Program-made: the position numbers and the translations under genes
Shown here: in pieces, positions 53,623-63,447 of the stretch
Numbering within the stretch: position 1 is the first letter of the stretch
How the letters are laid out: each line of letters opens with the position of its first letter
Source of the DNA: Bdellovibrionales bacterium
GTDB lineage: Bacteria; Bdellovibrionota; Bdellovibrionia; Bdellovibrionales; UBA1609
Length of the DNA stretch: 64,000 nt
Assembly: GCA_041391465.1 (NCBI GenBank)
Contig: JAWKNX010000014.1
Span: forward strand, 14,958 to 78,957
Direction: 5' to 3'
The notes under the pieces: generated by a model
Databases searched by the model: none
Seen by the model: only the letters and a program-made list of their open reading frames with translations
Told to the model about the DNA's origin: nothing

Positions 53623-54168
53623 ATGTCTAAGAAAAGCGGTCAAAAACACAAAACCAAAGAGAGTCGTACACTCCAATTTCTGCGCCAGCAAGCTGGGCTG
53701 AGCACGCGAGGTGCAGCAAAAGCCTCTGGCCTGAAAGATGGAATCATCAACCACCTGGAGCACGGACGGGTTCGTGTGCATCCCCATCATTTGGAGGCAT
53801 TGCTCCCAGCATATGGAGCTACACGAAAAACGTACGAGATGTTCGCCTCTGGCAAGGTGCCTTTGCCTCAAGATTTGAGGAAAGAGTGCCTGGAAATCGT
53901 CAAAGAAATGTCCCCAGAGCAGTTGCAAACAGCTCATCCCGTACTCAATCCCTTTCAAAGAATAACTAGGAGGTTTCACATGATTACTTTATTGCTAAGA
54001 CTAATGCTCATCGCTGCTCTTTTGCAGTTTGGAATTTCATTGTCAGAATTTGAGTTCTGCTGGTCACGCCAATGTGTCCAGCAGATCGAAAAACACTCTA
54101 GGGATGTCTTGAAGATTGACTGGAAACCGATTGTTGTGTTTCCAGAGGAGGCAAGAAGATTCAGATAA
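53623..54168 (+). CDS. XRE-type HTH protein, possibly with a nested small membrane protein
   Basis: LQFLRQQAGLSTRGAAKASGLKDGIINHLEHGR is an HTH. An in-frame TAGGAGG-N6-ATG at 53979 starts the hydrophobic MITLLLRLMLIAALLQ... Confidence 0.55.
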   Translation: MSKKSGQKHKTKESRTLQFLRQQAGLSTRGAAKASGLKDGIINHLEHGRVRVHPHHLEALLPAYGATRKTYEMFASGKVPLPQDLRKECLEIVKEMSPEQLQTAHPVLNPFQRITRRFHMITLLLRLMLIAALLQFGISLSEFEFCWSRQCVQQIEKHSRDVLKIDWKPIVVFPEEARRFR

Positions 54169-54220
54169 AATTGGTTAATTTTATAAAACTGTTCCATAAT
54201 AACCTCCTGTTGGGGTTATT

Positions 54221-55011
54221 GTGGCAGTTCCAGAAAAACTCTATAAATACTATTCTTTTGATTCCAATGGTTATTGGCGAGCACCTTAAGGACAAAATAT
54301 CTGTACTTCAATACATATGAAAACTTCAATGATCCGTATGAATTTTATTTTAAAACCAATTCCTGAAGGATCATTTGAGGAAAAATTAAACATCTGAAAG
54401 ATGCAAACCCCGGCAATGAGTTTATCGCCAGCTTGGATACGATAGATAAGCTAGACGACTATATTAGAAAATTAAAGACCAATAACATTTGGGGCACCTT
54501 GAAACCATTATTTCAACACTTTGGCATCAGTTGTTTTAGTAGAACACCTGACATCATGTTAATGTGGTCTCATTACACCCGTAGTCACTCTGGTTTTTGT
54601 CTCGAATTTGATGTGAAGGCTTTAAATGAGTGTGCACAATCAGAAGATAAAATAAATTGGGTAGAAGTTGATTATGTTGAGCAGGTTCCAGAGTACAGCA
54701 TATTTAAGGCCCCCAAATATAGTGAAATTGTTGGGAAAAAGTCTAAAGACTGGGAATATGAAAGTGAGGTTCGGGCACTAAGGCTGCCAACGAATTATCA
54801 TTTTCCTGCAGAAGTTATAACTGGAATAATCTTCGGGCTCAATGGAATAAATCAGCCTGAAGATTCACCAGCTAAAAAGTATATAGAGGAATTAAAATCG
54901 TACCTAAACAAGGACTTCACGCACCTACAAGACTCTATATTTTTAGCAAAAAAAGACATCTCCACATATAAAATCAACATAGAGCGCCTTAGTTGGGAGT
55001 TTCTTTACTAA
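54221..55011 (+). pseudogene. DUF2971-family gene with a frameshifted 5' third
   Basis: 54433-55011 carries GISCFSRTPDIMLMWSHYTRSHSGFCLEFD. Upstream frames read PEKLYKYYSFDSNGY, then YFNTYENFNDPYEFYF, then IPEGSFEEKLN, in three different frames. Confidence 0.65.
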
Positions 55012-55025
55012 ATTAGAATGCTTGA

Positions 55026-55463
55026 TCAATAGTCTCCATCCTCACACTGCAGGCAAGTAAGGCCAATATTTCTCCACATCTGAACGACCTTTTTCCTGTC
55101 ATCAACAACAAATAGTGGCGAATATCTTGGGTTAATTTGAGTGTCAAAAATTTCCTTTTTAATAACTCGGTCGTCCCGATAGTCACCTTTTTGGCGAAAA
55201 AACACTTCATTAAAAAATATATTGTTCTCGTGCAGCCATCTAAAAGTGACCTCTTTAAACTCATCACTCCGGCCAGAAACAATAACAATATGATACTTGT
55301 CTTTAAATAAATCGATAAGTTCTCGACACCACAAATTAACGGAATCTATACTCATATTAGAATTAAATTTATCCCAGTCGTTATCTTCTAAGAGCATTTT
55401 TCTGCGATGATCTACATTAGCTAACGTGCCGTCAAGATCAACAATAATACAATTCGTTTTCAC
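55026..55463 (-). CDS. HAD-superfamily phosphatase of the polynucleotide kinase-phosphatase (PNKP) type
   Basis: IIVDLDGTLANVDHRR (DxDGT), IVIVSGR, DYRDDRVIKKE, VVDDRKKVVQMWRNIGLTCLQ: the pattern of T4 Pnkp-like 3'-phosphatase domains. GTG start 5 nt after the upstream stop. Confidence 0.65.
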   Translation of the reverse strand: MKTNCIIVDLDGTLANVDHRRKMLLEDNDWDKFNSNMSIDSVNLWCRELIDLFKDKYHIVIVSGRSDEFKEVTFRWLHENNIFFNEVFFRQKGDYRDDRVIKKEIFDTQINPRYSPLFVVDDRKKVVQMWRNIGLTCLQCEDGDY

Positions 55464-55468
55464 AAACT

Positions 55469-58185
55469 TTACTCCAACACTTCAGCTTCAGGGAGCTTTT
55501 CAACTTTCCCTTTTCGGGATTTTACAGTCTCTTCTTTTCTCTTATTTATTCGCTTAACGAATTCATTTACCTTTTCAACATCCTCTAAAATTGTCTTTGT
55601 AGGTGGGCGATCATCAGAGAGAGGAAGAGACTTATCATGTCCAATCATATATTCTGAACACTTTGACATTTCAAAATACAACTGTTCAAAATCTTCATCT
55701 TCTACCAAAACCCCATTCAACCTCTGCGTTTGAATACCTTGTCCAAATCTTGTGATGACTTCATTTAAGAGCACCTCTTCAACAGCTCGCTCCCAAGTTT
55801 CCCTCAGCCGGCCATATATTATACCAGCTCGCTCATTGTAATCTTCCTTCTCGGCGTTCAACCCCTTGAGTTCTTCAACATCAGACCTTAGCGTTTTCAA
55901 ACGATTTTTAACATTCTGAGCATGCCATGGATTACTGTTAAAAATCACACCCGGGTAAGATCCATCCTTGCGTATGTTTTGCAAATGAGTGGGCACGCCA
56001 AACTCTTTGGCAAAGTATTCCAAATCAAATAAAAATGCTATGTCATGAGTAAACACGACGACCTGTCTGCTGCCAGCTTCTTGAACAAGTCTCTTTGCAA
56101 TCTTCTTCCTAAACTGATGATCTAGTGATGTAACGGGATCGTCTAAAATTATTCCATTTTCATGTTTCGCTGTTTCTAGCTCTGCCAATAATCCTGCTAG
56201 CGAAGCGATCTTTTGCTCGCCCTCGCTTAATATCGATTCCAGCTTACATCGTTGAGGCATGTTCGCCCCGCGAAGGCTCAATTGAAACGTTGGCTTACCT
56301 TCCCTGGTAGAAGAGTCAACAAACAAAGGGATTTTTTCACCACCCAATTTCGATAACTCTACAGATAAAGATTTTAAGAAACTATCCTTCAAAGAGTTCG
56401 TGATAATTGAATTTCCTTTCCTAGAAATCGGTGCATAATCCAAAGATTTTATCAGGGTTTTGTACTTTTCAAGATCGTTTAAATAATCTATGTAATTACA
56501 AATATCACTGATTCTGCTGTTAGCAATTTTTAGCGATGCAAGCTCAACGCTCTCCTTTTTTAAACCCTTAAGATATTCTGGGTTGATAGTTTTCTCAATT
56601 TCTAGTTTCTTTTCACCAAGTGCGACGCCAGCCTTCTTTAAAAACTTTTGAAGAGAGCTTTCTGAAGATTCCGATTGTGTTTCATCTTCTATTTCGAAGT
56701 CTATAAGACCCACCGCTTCATTTACGATCTCGGATAACGAATCTTCATTTTCCCCTTCCGGAGCATTTTCCTTTAGAACTTGAATCATGCGGGTTCTAAC
56801 CGACGATACGGAGTTGACATAGCTTGTGATTCTCTCCAAATCCTCGCTTGCTATTTCAGAATAACTAAGCTTCAGCGAATTGAGAGTTGTCTGAATTTTT
56901 AACTCAAGACCTTCTAGAAATGCGATGGACTTGTCTACCTTGCTATTCGTCTCATCAAGACTTTTTTTCAACTTACCTTCGACAAAAGCTGCAAAAGTCT
57001 GCATATTCTCTTTCGCTGCACCACTCAATTCTTGCTGACAAAGAACGCATTTTCCATCTAGGTTGGGAAATTCGGTGCCGTGGTAACAACTTTTTTCTGA
57101 AACTCTTTTGCAGCATTGTACATTGTACGCCAGAATTCATTGCCCGTTCCCTGAAGCATATTTTCATTCTCAAACTTCTTTGATAGGTCGTCCAAAGCGC
57201 TTTTCGTAGTTTTCTTATCCTCTTGGAGTTGAAAAATACTCGTTATTTTTTCGGATGTAAAAGTCTGTTCAATGGTTTTCAGGCTTGACGTTAACTCCGA
57301 TAGATTTGCGATTTCCTTTTCTACTATTTTGATTTTCTTTTTTACTTCTTCTTCATTTGCCTCAACTATCTTTTTAGATACCTCATGAGCCTTTTTTCGT
57401 GCTCATCTGTCCACTGCAACTCATCAGTAATCTTTTTCTTTTTCTGTTGATTTGTTGATACTTTTAATTTTCTTCAATACTTCCGAAGACTCGTCAATTT
57501 TATCTGTGTTTATCGATATCTCTTTAGGCTTTAGGGCTTCAATTTGCTTTTTTACTTCAACAATGCAATCTATCAGCTTTTTAAAAACATCAGTTCCATA
57601 TGGCAGGTAAATTAACTCATTTTTATCGTTTACCTGAATTTTTCCGCATTTGTTATCGTACACTACCAGCTGATCGAGAGGCCCCCCTCGATACTGCCCA
57701 TCGATCCATTCAACCGCCTGGTCCTTGTTATTTACGGAAAAGTGAACAGTCGCTTTGCTTGGACCCTTTTTGTCTTCAGAAAAAACATTGGGCAATATAC
57801 TATCAACTTCCCTGGCCTTGCAGCACTTTTTAAGAATCCTACTGTAGCCGGACTTGCCAGATCCGTTTTCTCCATAGACGATAGTCAGGCCGTTGAATGC
57901 AAATTGCAGCTTTGCTTGCGGGGTTAAGGCATTCACATTTGTGGGTGATTCAATCTTTTTTAGAACGACTTTTGTCTTTGCGGAATTTTCTGTCGTAACG
58001 AAACTTGCCTTATCAATTTTTATAGGGGTGAAATCAGTCTTCTCCAAATATCCGTTTTGATGAAGTAATATCTCTTTTATTTCATTCACATCATCACTGG
58101 TAAAATCACCATTGTCTAAAACTCTACGTACAATGTCTTGCTTCCAATCCTCCTGAGTTACAGCCCAGTCAATTATTTCATTCAT
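55469..58185 (-). pseudogene. RloC/PrrC-like AAA_13 ABC-type ATPase with CxxC hook, three frameshifts
   Basis: 57424-58185: Walker A VYGENGSGKSG. 57029-57423 is readable only by switching frame three times. 55469-57060: GKCVLCQQEL, LSEGEQKIASLAG, IILDDPVTSLD, VVFTHD, and a C-terminal RLRETWERAVEE...MIGHDKS. Confidence 0.7.
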
Positions 58186-58192
58186 ATGGACA

Positions 58193-60019
58193 TCATTTCT
58201 CCTCATAAAACTTTGCAAAGTCATTATCATTGAAGGTAGGTCTCTTAGTTTTCATGGCGGAAATTTTTGACAAGCTGACTGTTACTGTGGTCCCTGCGCC
58301 AAGCTCCGATTCAATATTTAAAGTTCCATTCCACTTTCTTAAAATGTGAGTTGCATGTTGAAGGCCAAGACCTCGCCCTTCCCGCCTTTAAATGAAAGGG
58401 GTTCACTTCCTAGCCTGTTCAGATATCTTCGGGTATACCGCACTCCTTCATCTGAAATGGCGATTTTGCAGTTCTCGCCATCATCAAAATATTTCAATAT
58501 TACTTCACCACCGGAGGGACCATATGATTCGGTTGCATTATTGACTAAGTTTGAAATAATTGATTTCAATTCAATGGCATCTATGTCTACGAATTCTTCA
58601 TTGATTTTTCCTTCATTCCTTAGTCGAATCTTTATATTCGGGTTTTCAGAAAAATTCTAAGCGCTTTTGATTTACAGTTTCTTCCAAAAATACGGGAAGA
58701 AATAGAACGTCTTCATTCTTGTTCTTCCGATCAAATTCAAAATCCCCAGATTCATTTGTCTTACTTAGCTTTTCTGAAAGCCCCTTGATTTCTTTTACAG
58801 AATTCTTTAGGACACGTTTCATCCGCTCAGGTACTCCAGTCAAAGTAGGCAACATCATTTCAATTGCTAAAATTGGCGAGCGAATATTGTGGGCTACGTC
58901 TCTAGCCATTTGAACTTTGGCTTGAACTCGTTCAGCTTCGATGACCTTTTCTCGGGATTTCTCCATTGCTCCCAACAGATTATCAAACTCACGGGTCAAA
59001 TACGCAACTTCATCTTTTCCCTTTAAGTTTATGCGATCACCAAGTTGGCCGTGGTCTTTAATTTTACGAACCTTAGACACCGCCTTTTCAATATTGCGCA
59101 CAAGACGGCGAGATAGAAAACGACTGATTCCCAAGGCCAAGAGGAGGTTAAAGAATAATAGCGTGACACTTGCCTTTGTAGTGGAGGCAAGCATTGCGTT
59201 TAGCTCGCTCTTAGACACTTCAGACTCTAAGACATAGTAGTATTCACCATTGATTGAAGTTCCCGATTTATCACACTGTGAACAGCTCGGGTGACTTGAT
59301 GTAACCTTTGAATAGAACTTAAAACTATCTGATGACTCCGCTGTTTCAAAATTTGTAGGGAAATTTGCGTTCTCTTTTTCAAATTTTACATCTTTGGCCG
59401 CAAACCGACCAAATGGCGTGCCTTTTGGTGAATACAAAGCCATAGACATGACATTTTTATCAGCTCCAATTGCTTCTGCGAGAGTGCGAGCAATAAAATC
59501 AATCCTAACTCCAACTTCAATAATGCGTGTTCGGTCTCTGTTTGCAATAGACAGGAACTTATAGGGTTTAGGTTCCGGATTTGGCTGGATAACTGGGGTT
59601 GCATGAAACTTTTTGGCTCCCTGTATCAGTTTTATGTATTCATCAGAAAATGAAAATAAATTTGGAATTAACGAAGGATCTTCATTTGTTGAACGAATGA
59701 ATTTTCCATTGCGATCCGTAACAAAAATGTGGGTAACATTCAGCTCTGACCTCATGGCCTTTAGTTCTTCAGTCGATAGCAGTCCTCTTTCTGCATCACG
59801 AGCAGCCACCATATTTGCGGCATTAAGCATGAGTTGTTCAGTGTTGGAATCAAGGCGTGTTAGAGTATCCCCCAATATTTTCGTCAATACGGAATACTGG
59901 GAAATGAACTTATCTTTGGTGTTAGTGCTTACGAAGTAGTGTGCTGTCCAAATGATGCCCCCGCCTACAATAAATGTAGCAGCAAAGACTGATATAAATA
60001 TCTTTTTGGAAAACCTCAC
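58193..60019 (-). pseudogene. sensor histidine kinase (periplasmic sensor, HAMP, HisKA, HATPase) with about four frameshifts in the catalytic domain
   Basis: 58646-60019 is intact through the H-box ARDVAHNIRSPILAI. The HATPase part is spread over frames: SIISNLVNNA, DEGV(G)IPEDI scrambled, GRGLGLQHATHILRKWNGTLNIESELGAGTTV read in a third frame. Confidence 0.7.
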
Positions 60020-60023
60020 TAAA

Positions 60024-60623
60024 TTACCTCTCTTGTCCTGGCTCCCTAGTAAATCTCTGAATGTCGTTTCTCAAGTGAGGGAAAAGTTCAGTCATTTGTT
60101 CTCTTGTGCCAATTTCAAAGTCTTCAAACTCAAATCCTGGGGCAACGGTTGTCCCCAGTAGAGCCCAGCTTCCACCATCTACAAGTCGTAGTGCTTGCCA
60201 AACTCCTTTTGGTACGACGACTTGGGGAGTCTCTCCTGCAAGTATGTCATTGCCTAAAATGAACTTTTGTAGGTTTCCTTGGTCGTCAAATTGAATCATT
60301 TCTACTGGGTCGCCACCATAAAAGTGAAAAACCTCATCACTTTTGATTCTGTGAATCGCGGAGAAGCTGTCAGCAGTAACCATATAGTAAATCGCGGTAC
60401 TGATTGATCTGCCTGTTTCTGCATCAATTCCAAAAGTTCTAGCTGGCAATTTTTCGCCTTCGCTTCTATATGTTTCTCGATAATAACCACCTTCTTCTGG
60501 CAATGGGGTTAAGTCGAGTTTGTCTATTATCTCTTGTGCAGTTGGCATTTCATCTCCTCCTTTTGCTATGGGGCTAAAGCTAATCATCGTCAGCGCAATG
60601 GCGTAGAAAATATTTAACTTCAT
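60024..60623 (-). CDS. cupin_5 (DUF985) protein with signal peptide
   Basis: LTPLPEEGGYYRETYRS and FHFYGGDP motifs. N-terminal MKLNIFYAIALTMISFSPIAKG. Confidence 0.65.
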   Translation of the reverse strand: MKLNIFYAIALTMISFSPIAKGGDEMPTAQEIIDKLDLTPLPEEGGYYRETYRSEGEKLPARTFGIDAETGRSISTAIYYMVTADSFSAIHRIKSDEVFHFYGGDPVEMIQFDDQGNLQKFILGNDILAGETPQVVVPKGVWQALRLVDGGSWALLGTTVAPGFEFEDFEIGTREQMTELFPHLRNDIQRFTREPGQER

Positions 60624-62092
60624 AGTTCCCCCTGTTTCTCGCGTCCCAATGGTTGCGATCTATAAAATGGTAAATGTGACTTTGTGGCAGCCACTTTTTT
60701 ATCTGCTTTAAGTCCTAACTCTTGAATGCGTCTAAAGACCGTTGTTCGGCCAACCCCAATTTTATTTGCAATTTCACGTATGTTTCCATTTGCCGCTTCC
60801 AGTGCGGCTCTAAAGTATTCCCGACTTGCTGTTACAAAGAACTCTTTGTATTTTTCCGGAGTAAGATCAGAAGGCATATCGGGCAGAGAGCATGTGATTT
60901 GCCTTAATCTATAGGCAGAGTTCTTAGGCGCTTGAATGGAAATGTCGTCATATTCAATTTGCTCAGATGATCTTCGCCGAGCAGAAATACATGCCCGCTC
61001 AATGATGTTCCTAAGTTCTCGAATGTTGCCAGGCCAATCATAGTCACCGAGTGCTCTGATAGCTTTGTCATCTATCTTGTAGTTTGCACCACCTATTTGC
61101 AGTGTAAAGAGTCTAGCCAAATCAGGAATGTCTTCCATTCGCAGCCTTAAAGGTGCGGTTTCAATTCTAACTACATTCAGGCGATGATAGAGGTCTTCAC
61201 GGAACTTTCCATCAGCGATCATTTGCTCTAAATCTTTGTTGGTGGCAGCGATTACACGGCACTTAACTTTTATTGTGCGGTCATCACCCACACGGGTAAA
61301 TTCACCTTCTTGAATCACTCGAAGCAGGCGAACTTGAGCAGACAAAGGCATTTCGCCAATCTCATCAAGAAAGAGATCACCGTTGTGGGCTAATTCAAAG
61401 CGGCCGGGTCGGTCTTGCGTGGCTCCCGTGAATGAACCTTTTTTATGACCGAAGAGTTCACTTTCCAAAAGGTTTTCTGGAATGGCACCACAATTAATTG
61501 CAACAAACGGTCTTTTCCCATCGTCTTCAATGGCATTTAATCGACGGGCAATAAGTTCTTTGCCGGTTCCACTTTCACCAGTAATTAAAACGTGCGCCGA
61601 AGTGCCTCGTAAATCCAAAATGCTTTCTCTAAGTTGCATAGTTGCTGGACTCTTCCCAACGATTTCATATCGGAAAGCATCTTTAACCTGTTGCTCTAAA
61701 GTTATTAATCTTCTGTTCGAAGCGGCTTTTGAAACAGCCACAGGAATTCGCACCAACAAATCAGGAATAATGTTGTCTGTCTTAATCACGTAGTCATCAG
61801 CACCCAGAGCAATGCAGCGTTTTACGGTGCTGAAATCTGAATCAGAAGTAAGCATGATAACTACTGCATTGGGGTTTATGTCTTTGATCTCAGAAATGAG
61901 GCTAATTCCATCGCCATCTGGAAGCCCCTTGTCTAGAATGACAACATCAAAGGCTGACTTCTGAAGTGCTTGTTTTGCAGATTGGATATCAGAAACACCG
62001 TGGACATCATTATAGACGCCGAGAAGCTGTGTGACCGCATCTCGGAAGGACTCCATATCTTCAACTAGCAATATCTTGAAATTTGCTTTCAC
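60620..62092 (-). CDS. sigma-54-dependent response regulator (NtrC family)
   Basis: Start set at GTG (V)KANFKILLVEDM (GGAGGGG Shine-Dalgarno). GESGTGKE, GHKKGSFTGA, FLDEIGE, C-terminal Fis-type HTH. Confidence 0.85.
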   Translation of the reverse strand: MKANFKILLVEDMESFRDAVTQLLGVYNDVHGVSDIQSAKQALQKSAFDVVILDKGLPDGDGISLISEIKDINPNAVVIMLTSDSDFSTVKRCIALGADDYVIKTDNIIPDLLVRIPVAVSKAASNRRLITLEQQVKDAFRYEIVGKSPATMQLRESILDLRGTSAHVLITGESGTGKELIARRLNAIEDDGKRPFVAINCGAIPENLLESELFGHKKGSFTGATQDRPGRFELAHNGDLFLDEIGEMPLSAQVRLLRVIQEGEFTRVGDDRTIKVKCRVIAATNKDLEQMIADGKFREDLYHRLNVVRIETAPLRLRMEDIPDLARLFTLQIGGANYKIDDKAIRALGDYDWPGNIRELRNIIERACISARRRSSEQIEYDDISIQAPKNSAYRLRQITCSLPDMPSDLTPEKYKEFFVTASREYFRAALEAANGNIREIANKIGVGRTTVFRRIQELGLKADKKVAATKSHLPFYRSQPLGREKQGEL

Positions 62093-62289
62093 CCCAAATC
62101 CCCTCCAGCAAAGGCTTTGCAGGTGTAGCACAATTTTTAAACAAGTCCCAAATATTTTTTATAGTGTTTCAAAGTTGGGACTATTGGTGTTTTATGTTTG
62201 GGATTTCACTCTTAAAAATCCATTTAATTGCCTCTCATGCTGATTAGACGCATCAATAATAAAGCAATGCATTAAGAAAAATTCCTTAA

Positions 62290-62910
62290 TCAGTTAACAG
62301 TTTTCCACTCTTTAAAACTTTGAATCAGGATTTGAGAAGATGAGTGAATAAACAGTAGCGACATTCCTGATGCAATTACAAGGTCAGGTATTCCAGAATT
62401 TAAAACAGATGAGATGATTGCCGCAACAATAACACCAATATTGCCTATGGCATCGTTTCTTGAGCAGAGCCAAACCGATCGAACATTAGCATCACCATCT
62501 TTGTACTTTATCAACAATAATACGCTGGCCACATTCGCACCCAGAGCAAAAAATCCTATTAAGCCCATGATTTCTGTTTTAGGGGTAACGGGAGAGAGAA
62601 ACTCCAATGCCGTAGAAATAGCCACCCAAAGACCCATTCCCAACAAACTAAGCCCCTTTAATGCAGATACACCAACTTTAATGTTTTTTGATGAATCAAT
62701 AGCGAACAGGAAAGTGCATAAGTTAGTGTATCTCCCAAAAAATCTAGAGCGTCGGCCTTTAAGGCTTGAGATTTAGACAAAAAGCCACCGGATATTTCAA
62801 CAAAAAACAAACATTAGAGCATTTAGAAAAATTATCATCCAAAGTCGTCTTTTGTATTCCTTAGACGCTCCATCAAATTTTACGTCACTTCCGCAACACG
62901 ACGATCCCAT
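62290..62910 (-). pseudogene. cation-diffusion-facilitator-like metal exporter, frameshifted
   Basis: ATG at 62910 gives MGSSCCGSDVKFDG...LWMIIFLNALMFVF, then stops. Other frames continue VVEISGGFLSKSQALKADALDFLGDTLTYA, then join the 62290-62646 ORF. An A6/T6 run at 62802-62807 lies at one break. Confidence 0.6.
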
Positions 62911-62949
62911 TAAAAATCCTTTCTTGAGGCCAGCTACATATTATTATAA

Positions 62950-62970
62950 AACCTCTAGTTACTAGAGGTT
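62950..62970. promoter_or_regulatory. MerR-type operator AACCTCTAG-TTA-CTAGAGGTT
   Basis: Perfect 9-bp inverted repeat between the divergent CDF remnant and the merR-family gene. Resembles metal-MerR operators (CTCTAG/CTAGAG type). Confidence 0.6.
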
Positions 62971-62987
62971 CAAGCCCGGAGTTAAAA

Positions 62988-63407
62988 ATGTATTCAATTG
63001 GTCAACTGTCTGAAATGACTAAAGTTAAAGTGCCCACAATTAGGTTTTATGAAGAGAAAAAGCTGATTAAACCCACAAGGCGTTCAGAGGGCAATCAAAG
63101 AAGATATTCTCAAGAGGAGGCGGAAAAACTTAGTTTTATTAAACATGCCAGAGATTTGGGGCTAGGGCTGGATTCTGTGAAGAAACTTATTGAACTTAAC
63201 AATCACCCCGAGAAAAATTGTCGTGCGGCAAACCAGATTGCTGAAAGTCATCTTCTTCTCATCAAAGAAAAAATTAAAAAATTAAAATGCCTTGAAAAAG
63301 AATTACAGAGAATCTCGAATGGATGTAATTCGGGTGCAAAAGTAAAAGAATGTTACGTTATTAAATCCCTAAGCGAGCACAAGCTTTGTGCTAACAAGAA
63401 GCATTAA
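62988..63407 (+). CDS. MerR-family (metal-responsive type) transcriptional regulator
   Basis: MYSIGQLSEMTKVKVPTIRFYEEKKLIKP...NQRRY N-terminal HTH. C-terminal Cys residues (C..C...C). Confidence 0.85.
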   Translation: MYSIGQLSEMTKVKVPTIRFYEEKKLIKPTRRSEGNQRRYSQEEAEKLSFIKHARDLGLGLDSVKKLIELNNHPEKNCRAANQIAESHLLLIKEKIKKLKCLEKELQRISNGCNSGAKVKECYVIKSLSEHKLCANKKH

Positions 63408-63447
63408 ATTAGACGGCTAGCAAAAGCCGCCTAATCGTAAATGATCT

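Noticed and set aside
53599-53979. 126-aa minus-strand ORF antisense to the XRE-type gene
   Set aside because: It is Cys/Phe-rich with no motifs. The plus-strand HTH gene explains the region.
58186-58230. First 15 codons of track ORF 57424-58230 (MIMTLQSFMRRNDVH)
   Set aside because: They overlap the true C-terminus of the upstream histidine kinase read in another frame (...AKFYEEK stop at 58193). MNEIIDW at 58185 is the likelier start.
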